Positions 1 through 9,800 of a stretch of 64,000 bases of DNA are shown piece by piece (position 1 is the stretch's first letter; each line of letters opens with the position of its first letter). The notes beneath the pieces are model-generated. The model made no database searches. It worked only from the letters and a program-made list of their open reading frames with translations, and was not told the origin of the DNA. This DNA is from a virus. Taxonomy: Duplodnaviria; Caudoviricetes. Both the position numbers and the translations under genes were made by a program. The stretch spans positions 32,001 through 96,000 of the IMG/VR virus record IMGVR_UViG_2867988698_000004. The stretch is one strand, 5' to 3'.

Positions 1-44
1 AGCTCGGTGATGGCCAATTCCAGCCGGGCTTCGGGAGTAGTCAT
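1..44 (-). CDS. Partial hypothetical protein (5' end, MTTPEARLELAITE...), runs off the window
   Basis: ATG at 44, open to the window edge, downstream of the tail-fibre cassettes. Confidence 0.5.
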   Translation of the reverse strand, partial: MTTPEARLELAITE

Positions 45-185
45 GGCGTCCAAGAGGGTCGTGTGGCCGGAAAGGGGCACGGGCGGAGGGTTGACCGTCC
101 GCCTTCTGCTCGGGGGGTGGAGGCGTAGCCGCCCAGCGCCGCACTTTCTCCGAGGTCGGCGACCCTCCGAGCCCGTCATAGCGCG

Positions 186-482
186 CTAGTCGTCGGCGCG
201 GTCATCGGGGACGTATCCGGTGAGGCGCTGGGCGGTCTCGGCCGGCAGTCCCAGCGCCACCAGCGCCTGATAGTCCTGTTCCTGACGCTGCCGGTCCTGC
301 TCGGCCACGCGCTGGTCCTGTTCGCTGTGGGCGGCGCGGATCTGCTCCAACGCGGCCTGGTATTCGTCGGCGGTGATCTCCGTTGCGTCCTCGGGGATCG
401 GCGGGGGCTCGGCGTGCGCGCCGGCCACGGACCGGGACGACACCGATCCGTCAGGCTGCCGGTAGTAGACGGTGTAGGACAC
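186..482 (-). CDS. Small tail-fibre-associated/assembly protein (cassette 3)
   Basis: YYRQPDGSV...EITADEY...YQALVALGLPAETAQRLTGY; paralog of 1749-2096 and 2697-3038; GTG directly after the fibre stop codon. Confidence 0.7.
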   Translation of the reverse strand: MSYTVYYRQPDGSVSSRSVAGAHAEPPPIPEDATEITADEYQAALEQIRAAHSEQDQRVAEQDRQRQEQDYQALVALGLPAETAQRLTGYVPDDRADD

Positions 483-487
483 GGCGT

Positions 488-1618
488 CTACAGGGCGAAG
501 ATCCACGCTGTCGCCCATGTGGTGACCTCCCGGTACTGGGAACCGCCGTTGCCGCGGCTGAGCTGGACGTTGAAGGTGTGCGTCACGGTCGCGCCGGGTG
601 GGACGGTGACGCGGTAGAACTTGACGACCTGACAGTGGACGCCGTTGACGGCGCTGGTGCCGTTGTTGAACAGGTACTGCAGCTCGTCGCCGTCCAGCCA
701 CACGGAGCCGGCGCTGCCGCCGCCCGGGAAGTTGAAGTAGACGTCCAGCTGGACGGAGATGATCGCCAGGGCGGGGCGGCAGGCGTCGGGGTTCTGGACG
801 TTGATGGTCCGCTGGGACTGCAGGGTCGGCGCGGTGCCCGTCGGCACCGGCTGCGGGGTGGGCAGCACATCCTGCTGGTCGGCCTGCACGATCGTGAACT
901 TGCCGCGGGGCTCGCTGCGGAGCTGCCCGGTGCCGTCGCAGTACACGCCGCCGGCGTTGGCGGCGATGTCGCACGCATAGGGCCAGGGGGCGACCTTGGC
1001 GGCCAAGGGGGCGGCGGCGGTGCCGTCGCCGGTCAGGCCACACGCCCCGGCCGTCAGCGCCGCCCGCATACCGGCCGGCCCGCACTGCAGCAGGTTTCCC
1101 GCGGCCGGGTCGACGATCGGGGTGGCCGACAGCGGCGTGCCAGCGCCGTCACCGTCCAGGGCGATGCAGGGGGTGTCGGAGGTGATGATCGTGGCGCCGC
1201 CGCCCTCTGGCGCGAACAGGCCGCCGTCTGGGCCGATGCTCAGGGAGTTGCCGGCCTGGGTGGAGACACGGGCTCTGATCTGGTTGGAGCCGTCGTCGTA
1301 CTCCAGGCCGTCCGCCACCGTCTGCCCGACGCAGTCCTGCACGTCCTCACACGTGACGGTCAGGCCGTCCGGTCCCTGGGTGAGGAGGTTGCCGGGTGCG
1401 GTCGACAGGCGGGCCTGGGCGGACAGGATGTGGGGGTCGGCGTCGGTGCCCGCCCCCAGCAGGGTCATGTCCACCGTGGGGGTGTCGTGAACCTGGAGGC
1501 CAGCGCCCTCGGCGGAGATGACGTAGGGGTTGCCGGGGGATCCTGTGCCCTCGATGGTCACTCCCGCGCCCGCGCTCATCGCGCAGGTGCACTGTGAGCT
1601 ACACCCACAACGTGCCAC
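488..1618 (-). CDS. Minor tail/tail-fibre protein (paralog of 3047-4171)
   Basis: Gly/Thr-rich beta repeats, GTGSPGNPYVIS motif; N-terminal about 135 aa nearly identical to 3047-4171, C-terminus divergent. Confidence 0.8.
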   Translation of the reverse strand: MARCGCSSQCTCAMSAGAGVTIEGTGSPGNPYVISAEGAGLQVHDTPTVDMTLLGAGTDADPHILSAQARLSTAPGNLLTQGPDGLTVTCEDVQDCVGQTVADGLEYDDGSNQIRARVSTQAGNSLSIGPDGGLFAPEGGGATIITSDTPCIALDGDGAGTPLSATPIVDPAAGNLLQCGPAGMRAALTAGACGLTGDGTAAAPLAAKVAPWPYACDIAANAGGVYCDGTGQLRSEPRGKFTIVQADQQDVLPTPQPVPTGTAPTLQSQRTINVQNPDACRPALAIISVQLDVYFNFPGGGSAGSVWLDGDELQYLFNNGTSAVNGVHCQVVKFYRVTVPPGATVTHTFNVQLSRGNGGSQYREVTTWATAWIFAL

Positions 1619-1643
1619 GCCGGGCCTCCCCTCCTGGGAGTCG

Positions 1644-1678
1644 CCCGGCCCCTGGCCAGCGGCTACATGATCAGGGTA
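1644..1678 (-). promoter_or_regulatory. Leader motif copy 1 (-10 TACCCT + GCCGCTGGCCAGGGGCCGGG)
   Basis: Repeated motif ending 25 nt before the start at 1618. Confidence 0.8.
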
Positions 1679-1748
1679 GCCGCTGCGCCGATGATCATCG
1701 CGTATCGGGCGGCCATGCTGACGGCCGTGGTGTCGGGGGCCGGTGGTG

Positions 1749-2096
1749 TCAGGGGCGGTGCCCGGTAAGCCGGGCGGCCAGGGCGGCGGGTATCCCGATA
1801 CCGGTCAGGGTGCGGTACCCCTCCTCTGCCTCCGCGGCGGCCTGGGCGGCTGCCGCGGAGGCGGCCTGCTCGGTCTCGCGCCGCGCCCGCTCCAGGAGCG
1901 CCTGCGCCTCCTCGGCGCTGATCTCCCGGCACCCGGCCGGGATCGACATCCGCACGCCGGCGGGATCGATGCCCGCCGCAGCCTGGAGGCAGCGGTGCAG
2001 TACCCGCCCGTCCGGATGGGCATACCAGCGTTCCCACACCGGCACCGGGCCGTCGCCTTGACCGCCGCCGCCGGTGGTGGGGGTGGGGGTGGTCAT
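1749..2096 (-). CDS. Small tail-fibre-associated protein (cassette 2)
   Basis: WYAHPDGRV...EISAEE...YRTLTGIGIPAALAARLTG; paralog family. Confidence 0.7.
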   Translation of the reverse strand: MTTPTPTTGGGGQGDGPVPVWERWYAHPDGRVLHRCLQAAAGIDPAGVRMSIPAGCREISAEEAQALLERARRETEQAASAAAAQAAAEAEEGYRTLTGIGIPAALAARLTGHRP

Positions 2097-2686
2097 GTCA
2101 GTCCCGCCAGCACCACGGCCTTGATCGTCCAGGCTGCTCGTGTCCATCGCGCACCTCCCGTGCCGCCGCCGAGCTCGATCGGATGGCTGAAGTTCGCCGA
2201 TCCCCCGGCGGGGATCACCGCGACCTGGAAGCTGGGTTCCACGAACTCCCAGTGGTTCTGCATGTTCGTGCCACCGGCCGGTGCGGCGTTGGTCACCCGC
2301 AGGAACTCGTTGGTGTCGACGCGGGCGGCCGCGGTGGCGTCCCCGTTCGGTGGCAGGTTCAGATCCACATCCACATGCACGAACTGCAGCACCGTCGCCG
2401 GGTAGCACGCAGACGGATTGGTGATGGTGATGGCCGCGGTCTCCACGATGGTGAACGCCGACGGCACGACGCTGTTGACGGTGCCGCTGCTGCCGCTGGC
2501 GGTCACCACCGCCAGCCTGGGCGGAGGCGGCGCCCACAGCCCCAGCGCCGGATCGATCCGCAGCGGGCTGGCGGCGGGGGCGCACGGGTAGGGCCATGCC
2601 TGCTCGGCCGGAGCCCCCGCCAGTGAGATCCGCAGCCGCCCCTGCTCGTCCGGCCGCATCTCCGGGCCGATGCACACGGTCGTCAT
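2093..2686 (-). CDS. Short tail-fibre C-terminal-domain protein (cassette 2)
   Basis: Shares AWPY and ITNPSACYPA..VDVDLNLP motifs with the C-terminal halves of both long fibres. Confidence 0.7.
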   Translation of the reverse strand: MTTVCIGPEMRPDEQGRLRISLAGAPAEQAWPYPCAPAASPLRIDPALGLWAPPPPRLAVVTASGSSGTVNSVVPSAFTIVETAAITITNPSACYPATVLQFVHVDVDLNLPPNGDATAAARVDTNEFLRVTNAAPAGGTNMQNHWEFVEPSFQVAVIPAGGSANFSHPIELGGGTGGARWTRAAWTIKAVVLAGLT

Positions 2687-2696
2687 CGGGGCGCCC

Positions 2697-3038
2697 CTAT
2701 CTGCCCTGCCCGGCGGCGTCCTGCGACTCCGGGTCCGGGGGGGTGTAGCCGGACAGGCGCCGGGCGATCTCCTCCGGGATACCGGCCGCGCGCAGCGCCT
2801 CATAGTCCGCCTTGGCGCGGGCGGCCTCGGCCTCGGCGACCTGGCGGCGCTGTTCCTCGATCGCCGCCTGGATGTCCGCGAGCGTCTGCTCGTACTCCTC
2901 GCGAGTGATCTCGACTGCGCCGGGCGGCAGCTGGTAGGGGGGCTCGTCGCCGGGCGGCTCGCCGGTCCAGTCGGGCCGCTCCACGGTCACCTGGCCCACC
3001 GAGCCATCGGGGTTGCGGTAGTACACCGTCGTCTGCAT
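2697..3038 (-). CDS. Small tail-fibre-associated protein (cassette 1)
   Basis: MQTTVYYRNPDGSV...EITREEY...YEALRAAGIPEEIARRLSGY; AGGAG RBS. Confidence 0.75.
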   Translation of the reverse strand: MQTTVYYRNPDGSVGQVTVERPDWTGEPPGDEPPYQLPPGAVEITREEYEQTLADIQAAIEEQRRQVAEAEAARAKADYEALRAAGIPEEIARRLSGYTPPDPESQDAAGQGR

Positions 3039-3046
3039 GGCGGCTC

Positions 3047-4171
3047 CTACAGGACGAAAACGAAAGCGCGGAGGAACGTCTGGATGCGGTTGTAGGTGGC
3101 GCCGCCGGCGCCGCGGCCCATCGTGATGTCGATGCTGAACGTTGCGCTGCCACCGGGCGGGATCGGCATCATGTTGGCCATCTTGGTGACCTGCACATGC
3201 CAGTCGCTGATGGCGCTGCTGCCGGTGTTGCGGTGGAACACCATCTCGTCGGTGGTGATCCCCATCGCTCCCGCTGCCCCGGCGGGCAGGTCGAAGTCGA
3301 CGTCGGCCTCGACCTCCAAGATCACGGCCGCCGGGCGGCATGGGTCGGGGTTGGTCACCGTCAGGGATCTGGTGGTCACCACGTTGTCGGCCCCGGAGGG
3401 GACGGCCGGGGAGGGGTAGGTGACGTTCTCCTGGGACTGCACGAAGTCGTAGCGCCCCCGCGGCTCAGACCGCAGGGCGCCGGCCGAGTCGCAGTACACG
3501 CCGCCGGCGTTGGCGTCCACCGGGCCCGCGTAGGGCCATGCCTGCGTCCGCGCCTGCAGGGGCGCGGCGGCCGTCCCATTACCGGTCAGGCCGCATGTCC
3601 CGGTCGTCACCGCCGCCCGCAGCCCACCCGGTCCACACGACAGCAGGTTCCCGGCCGCCGAGTCCAGCCGTGGGGACGCCGATAGGGGCGCCCCGGACCC
3701 GTCCCCCTCCATCTGGATGCAGTCGGTGTCCGCCGTGGTGACGGGGTTGCCGCCGCCCTGCGGCGCGAACAGGCCGCCGTCCGGGCCGATGCTCAGGGAG
3801 TTGCCGGCCTGGGTGGAGACACGGGCTCTGATCTGGTTGGCGCTGTCGTCGTACTCCAGGCCGTCCGCCAGCGCCTCACCGACGCAGTCCTGCACCGCCT
3901 CACAGGCGACGGTCAGCCCGTCCGGCCCCTGGGTGAGGAGGTTGCCGGGGGTGGTGGCGATGCGGACGGCGGCCGAGAGGATGTGCGGATCGGCGTCGGT
4001 GCCCGCCCCCAGCAGGGTCATGTCCACCGTGGGGGTGTCGTGAACCTGGAGGCCAGCGCCCTCGGCGGAGATGACGTAGGGGTTGCTGGGTGATCCCGTG
4101 CCCGCGACGGCTACTCCCGCACCTGCGGTCACCGCGCAGGTGCACTGTGAGCTACACCCACAACGTGCCAT
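3047..4171 (-). CDS. Minor tail/tail-fibre protein
   Basis: Paralog of 488-1618; follows the minor tail genes. Confidence 0.8.
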   Translation of the reverse strand: MARCGCSSQCTCAVTAGAGVAVAGTGSPSNPYVISAEGAGLQVHDTPTVDMTLLGAGTDADPHILSAAVRIATTPGNLLTQGPDGLTVACEAVQDCVGEALADGLEYDDSANQIRARVSTQAGNSLSIGPDGGLFAPQGGGNPVTTADTDCIQMEGDGSGAPLSASPRLDSAAGNLLSCGPGGLRAAVTTGTCGLTGNGTAAAPLQARTQAWPYAGPVDANAGGVYCDSAGALRSEPRGRYDFVQSQENVTYPSPAVPSGADNVVTTRSLTVTNPDPCRPAAVILEVEADVDFDLPAGAAGAMGITTDEMVFHRNTGSSAISDWHVQVTKMANMMPIPPGGSATFSIDITMGRGAGGATYNRIQTFLRAFVFVL

Positions 4172-4195
4172 GCCGGGCCTCCCTCCTGGGAGTCG

Positions 4196-4230
4196 CCCGG
4201 CCCCTGGCCAGCGGCTACATGATCAGGGTA
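4196..4230 (-). promoter_or_regulatory. Leader motif copy 2
   Basis: Identical to copy 1; 24 nt before the start at 4171. Confidence 0.8.
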
Positions 4231-4235
4231 GCCGT

Positions 4236-4436
4236 TCAGGGGGCGGCGATGATCGTGACGGCGCCGGTGGCCACATGCCGGGCGACCAGCCGCCCGGCCG
4301 CATCGACCTCCACCACCCACGCCCGGTCGCCGGCGCCCACCACTGTGCTGGTGCGGGCCTCCAGGCGGCGGATGCGGTCCTCCATCTGCCGCAGCACCTC
4401 CTCCAGGGTGCGGGGCCGGGGGTCGCGGACGACCAT
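4236..4436 (-). CDS. Small minor tail protein (coiled coil)
   Basis: 66 aa, LRQMEDRIRRLE; AGGAGG RBS; tail synteny. Confidence 0.7.
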   Translation of the reverse strand: MVVRDPRPRTLEEVLRQMEDRIRRLEARTSTVVGAGDRAWVVEVDAAGRLVARHVATGAVTIIAAP

Positions 4437-4463
4437 GGCGGGGCCTCCTGTTCAGACGGCTGC

Positions 4464-5522
4464 TCAGACGGTGGTGGTTTCGAGGCCGGCGGGGGCGAGG
4501 GTGACCTTGACGGCCTCGCCCGCGTTGCTGGTGTAGGTGACGGCCAGGCGGGTTAGCCGCAGGTCGGTGGCGACCTGCCGGCACCTCTGGGTGGCGGTGA
4601 CCGGGACGACCACGCCGGGCACCAGGTCCCGGATCGCCACGGGGGCCTGGGGGTCGAGCTGGGCTCCGTCCGGGACGTCCACGATCAGCGGCGCCGGGTT
4701 GCGGGAGGCGACCAGCGCGTCCGCCTCCGCCTGCGCCGACGCCTGGTCCTTGATGGAGTCCTCCTTGACGATCACCGTGAGCAGCCCGCACGGGCCGGGG
4801 CCGCCGGCGGTGGCGGTGATCCCTTCTCCGATGACGATCGCACGGGTGGCGGCGGCCAGGCCGTCCTCGATCACCCGGACGTCCCCCAGGAAGTCCTCAT
4901 CCGTCAGCGCCGGGAGGCGCGCGAACGGCATCTCCCCGGCGAGGATGATCCGCCGCCCCAGCGCCGTCCAGTCGATCCCGGTCCGGCCCAGCTCCCGCAG
5001 CTCATCCCCCGCGTAGGAGGTGTTCGGCTCGTATCTGCGTTCCCCGGTGACGCCGGACGGCAGCACGTACAGGTACGGCAGGATGTTCGGATCATCTGGT
5101 GCGAGGGCGGCGCGGATGACCTCCTCGGCGATCGCCGTCAGGTCGGCCGGGCCGGTGCCGGTAGCGGTGGTGCGGTCGATGAGGGTGGGGATCTCCCTGC
5201 GGGACAGCCAGGCGGACACGTCCCGCGCGGTCACCACCGTCTCCCCCGGCCCGTGGTCGAGGTGCACGACCGGTCCCTGCCAGACCAGCTCGCTGCCGTC
5301 CCGGTAGATGGACAGGTCGTTGCACCAGGTGCGGACGGCGGCGAGGGTGTCGCAGCACTCCACGTCCGCCACGGGGATGGTGACCTTGGCCTCGCTGGTG
5401 TCGTCCAGGATGCGGCCCCATTCCAGGGCGGATGGCTCCAGCGCGCCCCCGAACGGCACGCTGCCTGTGCGGTCGTGGAACGCCACTTCATACGTCTCGG
5501 CGCAGCCGAGCGGACCGGCCAT
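4464..5522 (-). CDS. Minor tail protein (tail-tip/hub type)
   Basis: LEWGRILDDTSEA, IYRDGSELVWQGPV motifs; second gene after tape measure. Confidence 0.75.
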   Translation of the reverse strand: MAGPLGCAETYEVAFHDRTGSVPFGGALEPSALEWGRILDDTSEAKVTIPVADVECCDTLAAVRTWCNDLSIYRDGSELVWQGPVVHLDHGPGETVVTARDVSAWLSRREIPTLIDRTTATGTGPADLTAIAEEVIRAALAPDDPNILPYLYVLPSGVTGERRYEPNTSYAGDELRELGRTGIDWTALGRRIILAGEMPFARLPALTDEDFLGDVRVIEDGLAAATRAIVIGEGITATAGGPGPCGLLTVIVKEDSIKDQASAQAEADALVASRNPAPLIVDVPDGAQLDPQAPVAIRDLVPGVVVPVTATQRCRQVATDLRLTRLAVTYTSNAGEAVKVTLAPAGLETTTV

Positions 5523-5525
5523 CGG

Positions 5526-6872
5526 TCAGACCTCCCGGGAGATGACGCGGATGGTGATCGTGGCGTCGGGGGCGATGGTGCCGCTGGCGGCTTCCACGCA
5601 CGCGATGTAGGGGACGCCGCAGTCCAGGACGGGCCAGGTGTACGGCATCCCTCCGGTGCCGGTGACCGCCGCCCCGGCGGGGGCTTCGGGGCTGCCGGGG
5701 CAGGTGACGGTGACTCGGCGGCGGGTGCCGTCGATCCGCAGGGTCGAGTACTCCGGGATGACGGTGACGTTGACCTCAGCGCACCACCCGCACTCCTCCA
5801 GCTCTTCGATCGTCCGGCCGAGGGGGTTGGGGTAGAACCGCACCCGCACGCTGCGGAGCGCGTTGCCGCCGGCGTAGATCTCGATGTCCGGAACCACGTC
5901 CGACCAGATGGGGGTGAGCACGCTGGAGGGGATGTCGATGCAATGCCGTCTGCGGGACAGCGGTTCGCAGGCGCACGGATTACCGGGCACCGGCAGGTCC
6001 GGCGGTGCGGTGGGCGCGCAGCCGAGCCCGGCCAGCGCGACATCCAGGCACGAGACCGTCACGGGCTCGCATCCGTCCTGGGTGGCCACGCAGTCCGGAT
6101 CGTTGGACCAGGTGACGCACGCGGCCTCCGGGTCCTCCTCGGTCCAGGTCTCCCCCGGCGCGGTGACGGTGATCGGATCCCGCAGCGCGTGCGGCCTGCC
6201 GGCGAGCAGGGTGAACTCGACCTGCTTGGGCGGGCAGGACTGGCAGCAGCCGCAGGACGCGCCCACGGCGCCGGTGACCTTCGGCCCGTCGATCAGCGTC
6301 ACGTCCCGCAGCGTCCGCCAGTGGGGGGCGGCGCAGTCCTCCACCGTGGTGAAGGCGGGGGCGTCCTCGCAGACCTCCGGGCAGCAGCTCAGGTATCGCA
6401 GGTCGTCTCCGGAGCAGCCGCCGCCCGGCCCGCACGCCATCGACCCCCGCAACGCGGAGGCGAGCCAGCGCATCCCGTAGTCGATGCCGCAGCAGGTCGA
6501 GCCGAGCAGGATGCCGGTCACAACGATCGTGCGGGGCCCGTACCGGCGGCGTCCGGCCACCGCGCCGTCCCCCAGCCGTTGCACGACAGGCCGTTCCACC
6601 GGTGCCGCGTCCAGACCCTCGACGCCGGTCACCAGCAGCCCGGCGAACTCGTAGCTTTCGGGGACGGCGTGGTCGAGCCATGGGGGCGGTGCGTGGGTGT
6701 CCAGGACGGGCAGCCGGTACTCCCCGTCTCCCAGGATCAGCGGCAGGTCCGAGCAGTAGCAGTCCCGCACCGTCATCGTGTGCGGTTTCAGCCCGTTGCG
6801 GGCGTAGGCGATGGTCCGGGCGGCATTGGCGATCTCCGTGCCGCCCAGGCAGAGCCAGTCCAACAGAGCCAA
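5526..6872 (-). CDS. Minor tail protein (distal-tail-like), Cys-rich
   Basis: First gene after tape measure; GDGAVAGRRRYGPRTIVVTG; 28 Cys in 448 aa. Confidence 0.75.
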   Translation of the reverse strand: MALLDWLCLGGTEIANAARTIAYARNGLKPHTMTVRDCYCSDLPLILGDGEYRLPVLDTHAPPPWLDHAVPESYEFAGLLVTGVEGLDAAPVERPVVQRLGDGAVAGRRRYGPRTIVVTGILLGSTCCGIDYGMRWLASALRGSMACGPGGGCSGDDLRYLSCCPEVCEDAPAFTTVEDCAAPHWRTLRDVTLIDGPKVTGAVGASCGCCQSCPPKQVEFTLLAGRPHALRDPITVTAPGETWTEEDPEAACVTWSNDPDCVATQDGCEPVTVSCLDVALAGLGCAPTAPPDLPVPGNPCACEPLSRRRHCIDIPSSVLTPIWSDVVPDIEIYAGGNALRSVRVRFYPNPLGRTIEELEECGWCAEVNVTVIPEYSTLRIDGTRRRVTVTCPGSPEAPAGAAVTGTGGMPYTWPVLDCGVPYIACVEAASGTIAPDATITIRVISREV

Positions 6873-6884
6873 CGTGGGTGCCTC

Positions 6885-9800
6885 CTATCGAGCCACGGCT
6901 GCGGCGATCCGGCGGGACACGGCGCCGCCCACGGCGTCCGGATCGGCGGTGGGCATGTGGACGGTGACCGGTGCGTGAACCTCCACCTGCCGCACCGGCC
7001 GCGACCGCCGATCCCCGCCCTGCCCGCCGCCGGTGGCGCGGGAGGCGGCGGCCGGCTGGAGCGCTTCCAGCGCCTGCCGGGAGCGCACCGGCAGCCGGTC
7101 GATGTCGGGGGCGGGCACCTGCAGCTGCGGTAGGGCCAGGGCCTGCTCCAGGCTGCGAGTGATCTGCGGTGCGAGCCGGTCCAGTCCGCGCAGGTAGCCG
7201 GCGAGGGTGTCCTCACCGAGGCCGGCCATCACCCGCGACGGCGACTTGATCTTGAGGGTGCGTTTGACGGTGGCGGCGACCTGCTCGGCGATTTGCCGCA
7301 TCAGCTTCTCGATGTCCTTCTGCTGGGCCTTGAGCCCCTCCAGGAACCCCGCCCCCGCCCGGCGGCCGGAGTCAAACAGCAGGTCGGCCGACTGCCGTCC
7401 CAGCGACTGGGCCGTCGTGGCGATCTCCTTGCTGGTGCGGTTGAGGTCCCGGATCACGCTGTCCGGTCCGGACAGCAGCGCATCGGCCAGCGCGGCGCCC
7501 TGTTCGGGTCCGGCGGCGATGATCTGGTCCAGCAGGTCCCGCGACAGCCCCCTCCTGGCCAGCGCCGCCACGTCGCTTTGGAACTCCTTGAGCAGGGCCA
7601 GCCGGTTCCGCAGGGCGGTGGCCAGCGCCTCGGCCGTGCGGGGGACACTGCTGCCCAGCGAGGAGAGCACCCCGGACAGGGACGCGAAGTCGCTGGCCTG
7701 GCGGGTGACCTCGGCGGCGCGTTCGTTGGCGGCCTTGATCAGGTCCGTGATCCGCGAGCGCTCGGCGGCCAGGGTCTGCAGCCGCCGGTTGGCGCCACGC
7801 AGCCGGGCGATGAGCTGGTCGTCCAGGCGGGTCCGGCGGCCGGCGAACGCGGTCTGGATCTTCTTGACCAGCGCGTTGATCGTCGATTCGATCTTGGACT
7901 GTTCGCCGGTCAGACCCTGGACGAAGCCCTGGCCAACGAACTTGCCGATGTCACGGAACACCTTCGACGGCGAGCCGATCCGCAGCAGCGACCGGGCCGC
8001 GTTGATGGCGTTGCGGATGGGGGCGGTCGCCGCGGCGACCATCCGCCCGGCCATGGACTGCACCCCGGAGATGAACCCCTGCATCGCCTGCACGCCCAGG
8101 GAGTAGAGGGCGGAGCCGAGGCCGGCGAGGGTGCCGGTGATGCGGCCCGGCAGTCCCCGCACTACCGACGCCGCCCGGGACACCCCGGAGGAGAACGCAG
8201 CGCCCATGCGGGCCATGGCGCTGGTGGCGAGGGAGCCCAGCCGTCCCGGCAGAGACGCGATCGCGGCCGCGGCCCGGCCGGGGAGCTGCGCCGCGAACGA
8301 CACCGCCCGCGACACCCCGGCCGAGATCGCGGCGCCCATGCGGGACATGGCGCCGGTCGCGATCGACCACATCCGCGCGGCCAGCGGTGCCAGGGCGGCG
8401 GCGAACCGCACCGGGATGGACGCGACCAGCGAGACCAGCCCGCCGAGCATCGACAAGATCCCACGCGACAGGGCGAGGATCGCCTGGACGCCCCACTGGA
8501 ACATCTGCGTGATCAGGGCCTGGGCCAGGGCCAGCAGGAGCCGCCCGACCGCGGCGAGGATGCCGGGTGCGGCGGCGGCGCCGGCCTGGATGACGGCAGC
8601 GCCGATGGTGGCGATGGCCTGCCCGATGACCGGCAGCAGCCGGGGGATCTGCTGCGCGAACGCGACCGCCACATCCAGGAGGAGGTCAACGAGGGACTGG
8701 CGGAGCTGCTGCCCGCCGGGTCCGGTGCGGGCGCCGGTGGCGGCCTGCCCCGCCGCCCGGTCCACCCCCTGGCCGAGCTGGGCGGCCATCTCATTGATGA
8801 CCTGTGGCAGGACCTCACCGGCCCGGCGGATCAGCGACGACAGGCCGTCTGCGATCCGCTGGGCCAGGCCGGGCAGGTGCGTGACCACGGCGTCCCCGGC
8901 CGAGCGGATGCCCTGGGCGACCATCGGCAGCAGCGCGCGTAGGGCCAGGTTCATGGCCCGGCCGATCTCCTGGCCGATCGCCGGCAGGTCCCGGGTGGCG
9001 AACTGGAACGCGGCTCGCAGCAGGTCCCGGATCCCGGCGGCGATCCGCGGCCCCTCGGTGCGCAGGGACGCCACCACCTGGGTGAACGCCTCCCGCAGCC
9101 CTTGGCCGATCTGCTGGCCGACGTCGGCCAGCCGGGCGAGCCCGGACCGCAGCGCGGAGATGAAGGAGGAGATCAGCCCCGGCAGGGCGGCCACCGCACG
9201 GGTGAACGCGCTGGTGAGGCCGGAGATGATGCGGGGTGCGAGGTCGGCTATGGCTGCGGGGATGCCGACCGCGATCCGCGCGAGCCCGGACAGGACGGCG
9301 GCGGCCAGCCCGGCGAGGGCGCGGGCGGCGACCGGGATCGCCTCCGCGGCGAAGTTCGCGATGCCGGAGCCGAGCTGCCGGAGCGCCGCCACGGCGCCCT
9401 CGGTCCGGAACGTCTGGACCAGGCTGGTGCCGAAGGCGCGCAGCCGTCCGAACAGGTCGGCGATGGTGTCTCGCAGCCGGCCCAGGAAGTTCCGGACGGT
9501 CTCCGACTGGGAGGCCAGCACTCCGAACGCCGCCGCCACGGCGAGGACGATGGCGGCGATCGGGTGCCGCGCCAGCGACGTCACCAGGGTGCGGCCCAGG
9601 CTGGCCGCGTCCCTGCTGGCGAACCGCAGGGCGGGCATGAGCGCGGTAAGCGCCGCCCCCCACGCGCCGGTGGCGATCCGCGCGGCGACCAGCGCCGCCA
9701 CCAGCGGGCCGAGGGCGGTGCCCAGCGGGGAGTCCGCCAGGGCGGCCAGCCCCTGGGCGACCACCGACAGGACCGGGGCCAGGAGCTGCGCGGCGACCGC

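Noticed and set aside
488-4171. Diversity-generating retroelement or invertible shufflon in the fibre genes
   Set aside because: No reverse transcriptase or invertase in the window; the repeats are direct, lie at the 5' ends, and their differences are not adenine-specific
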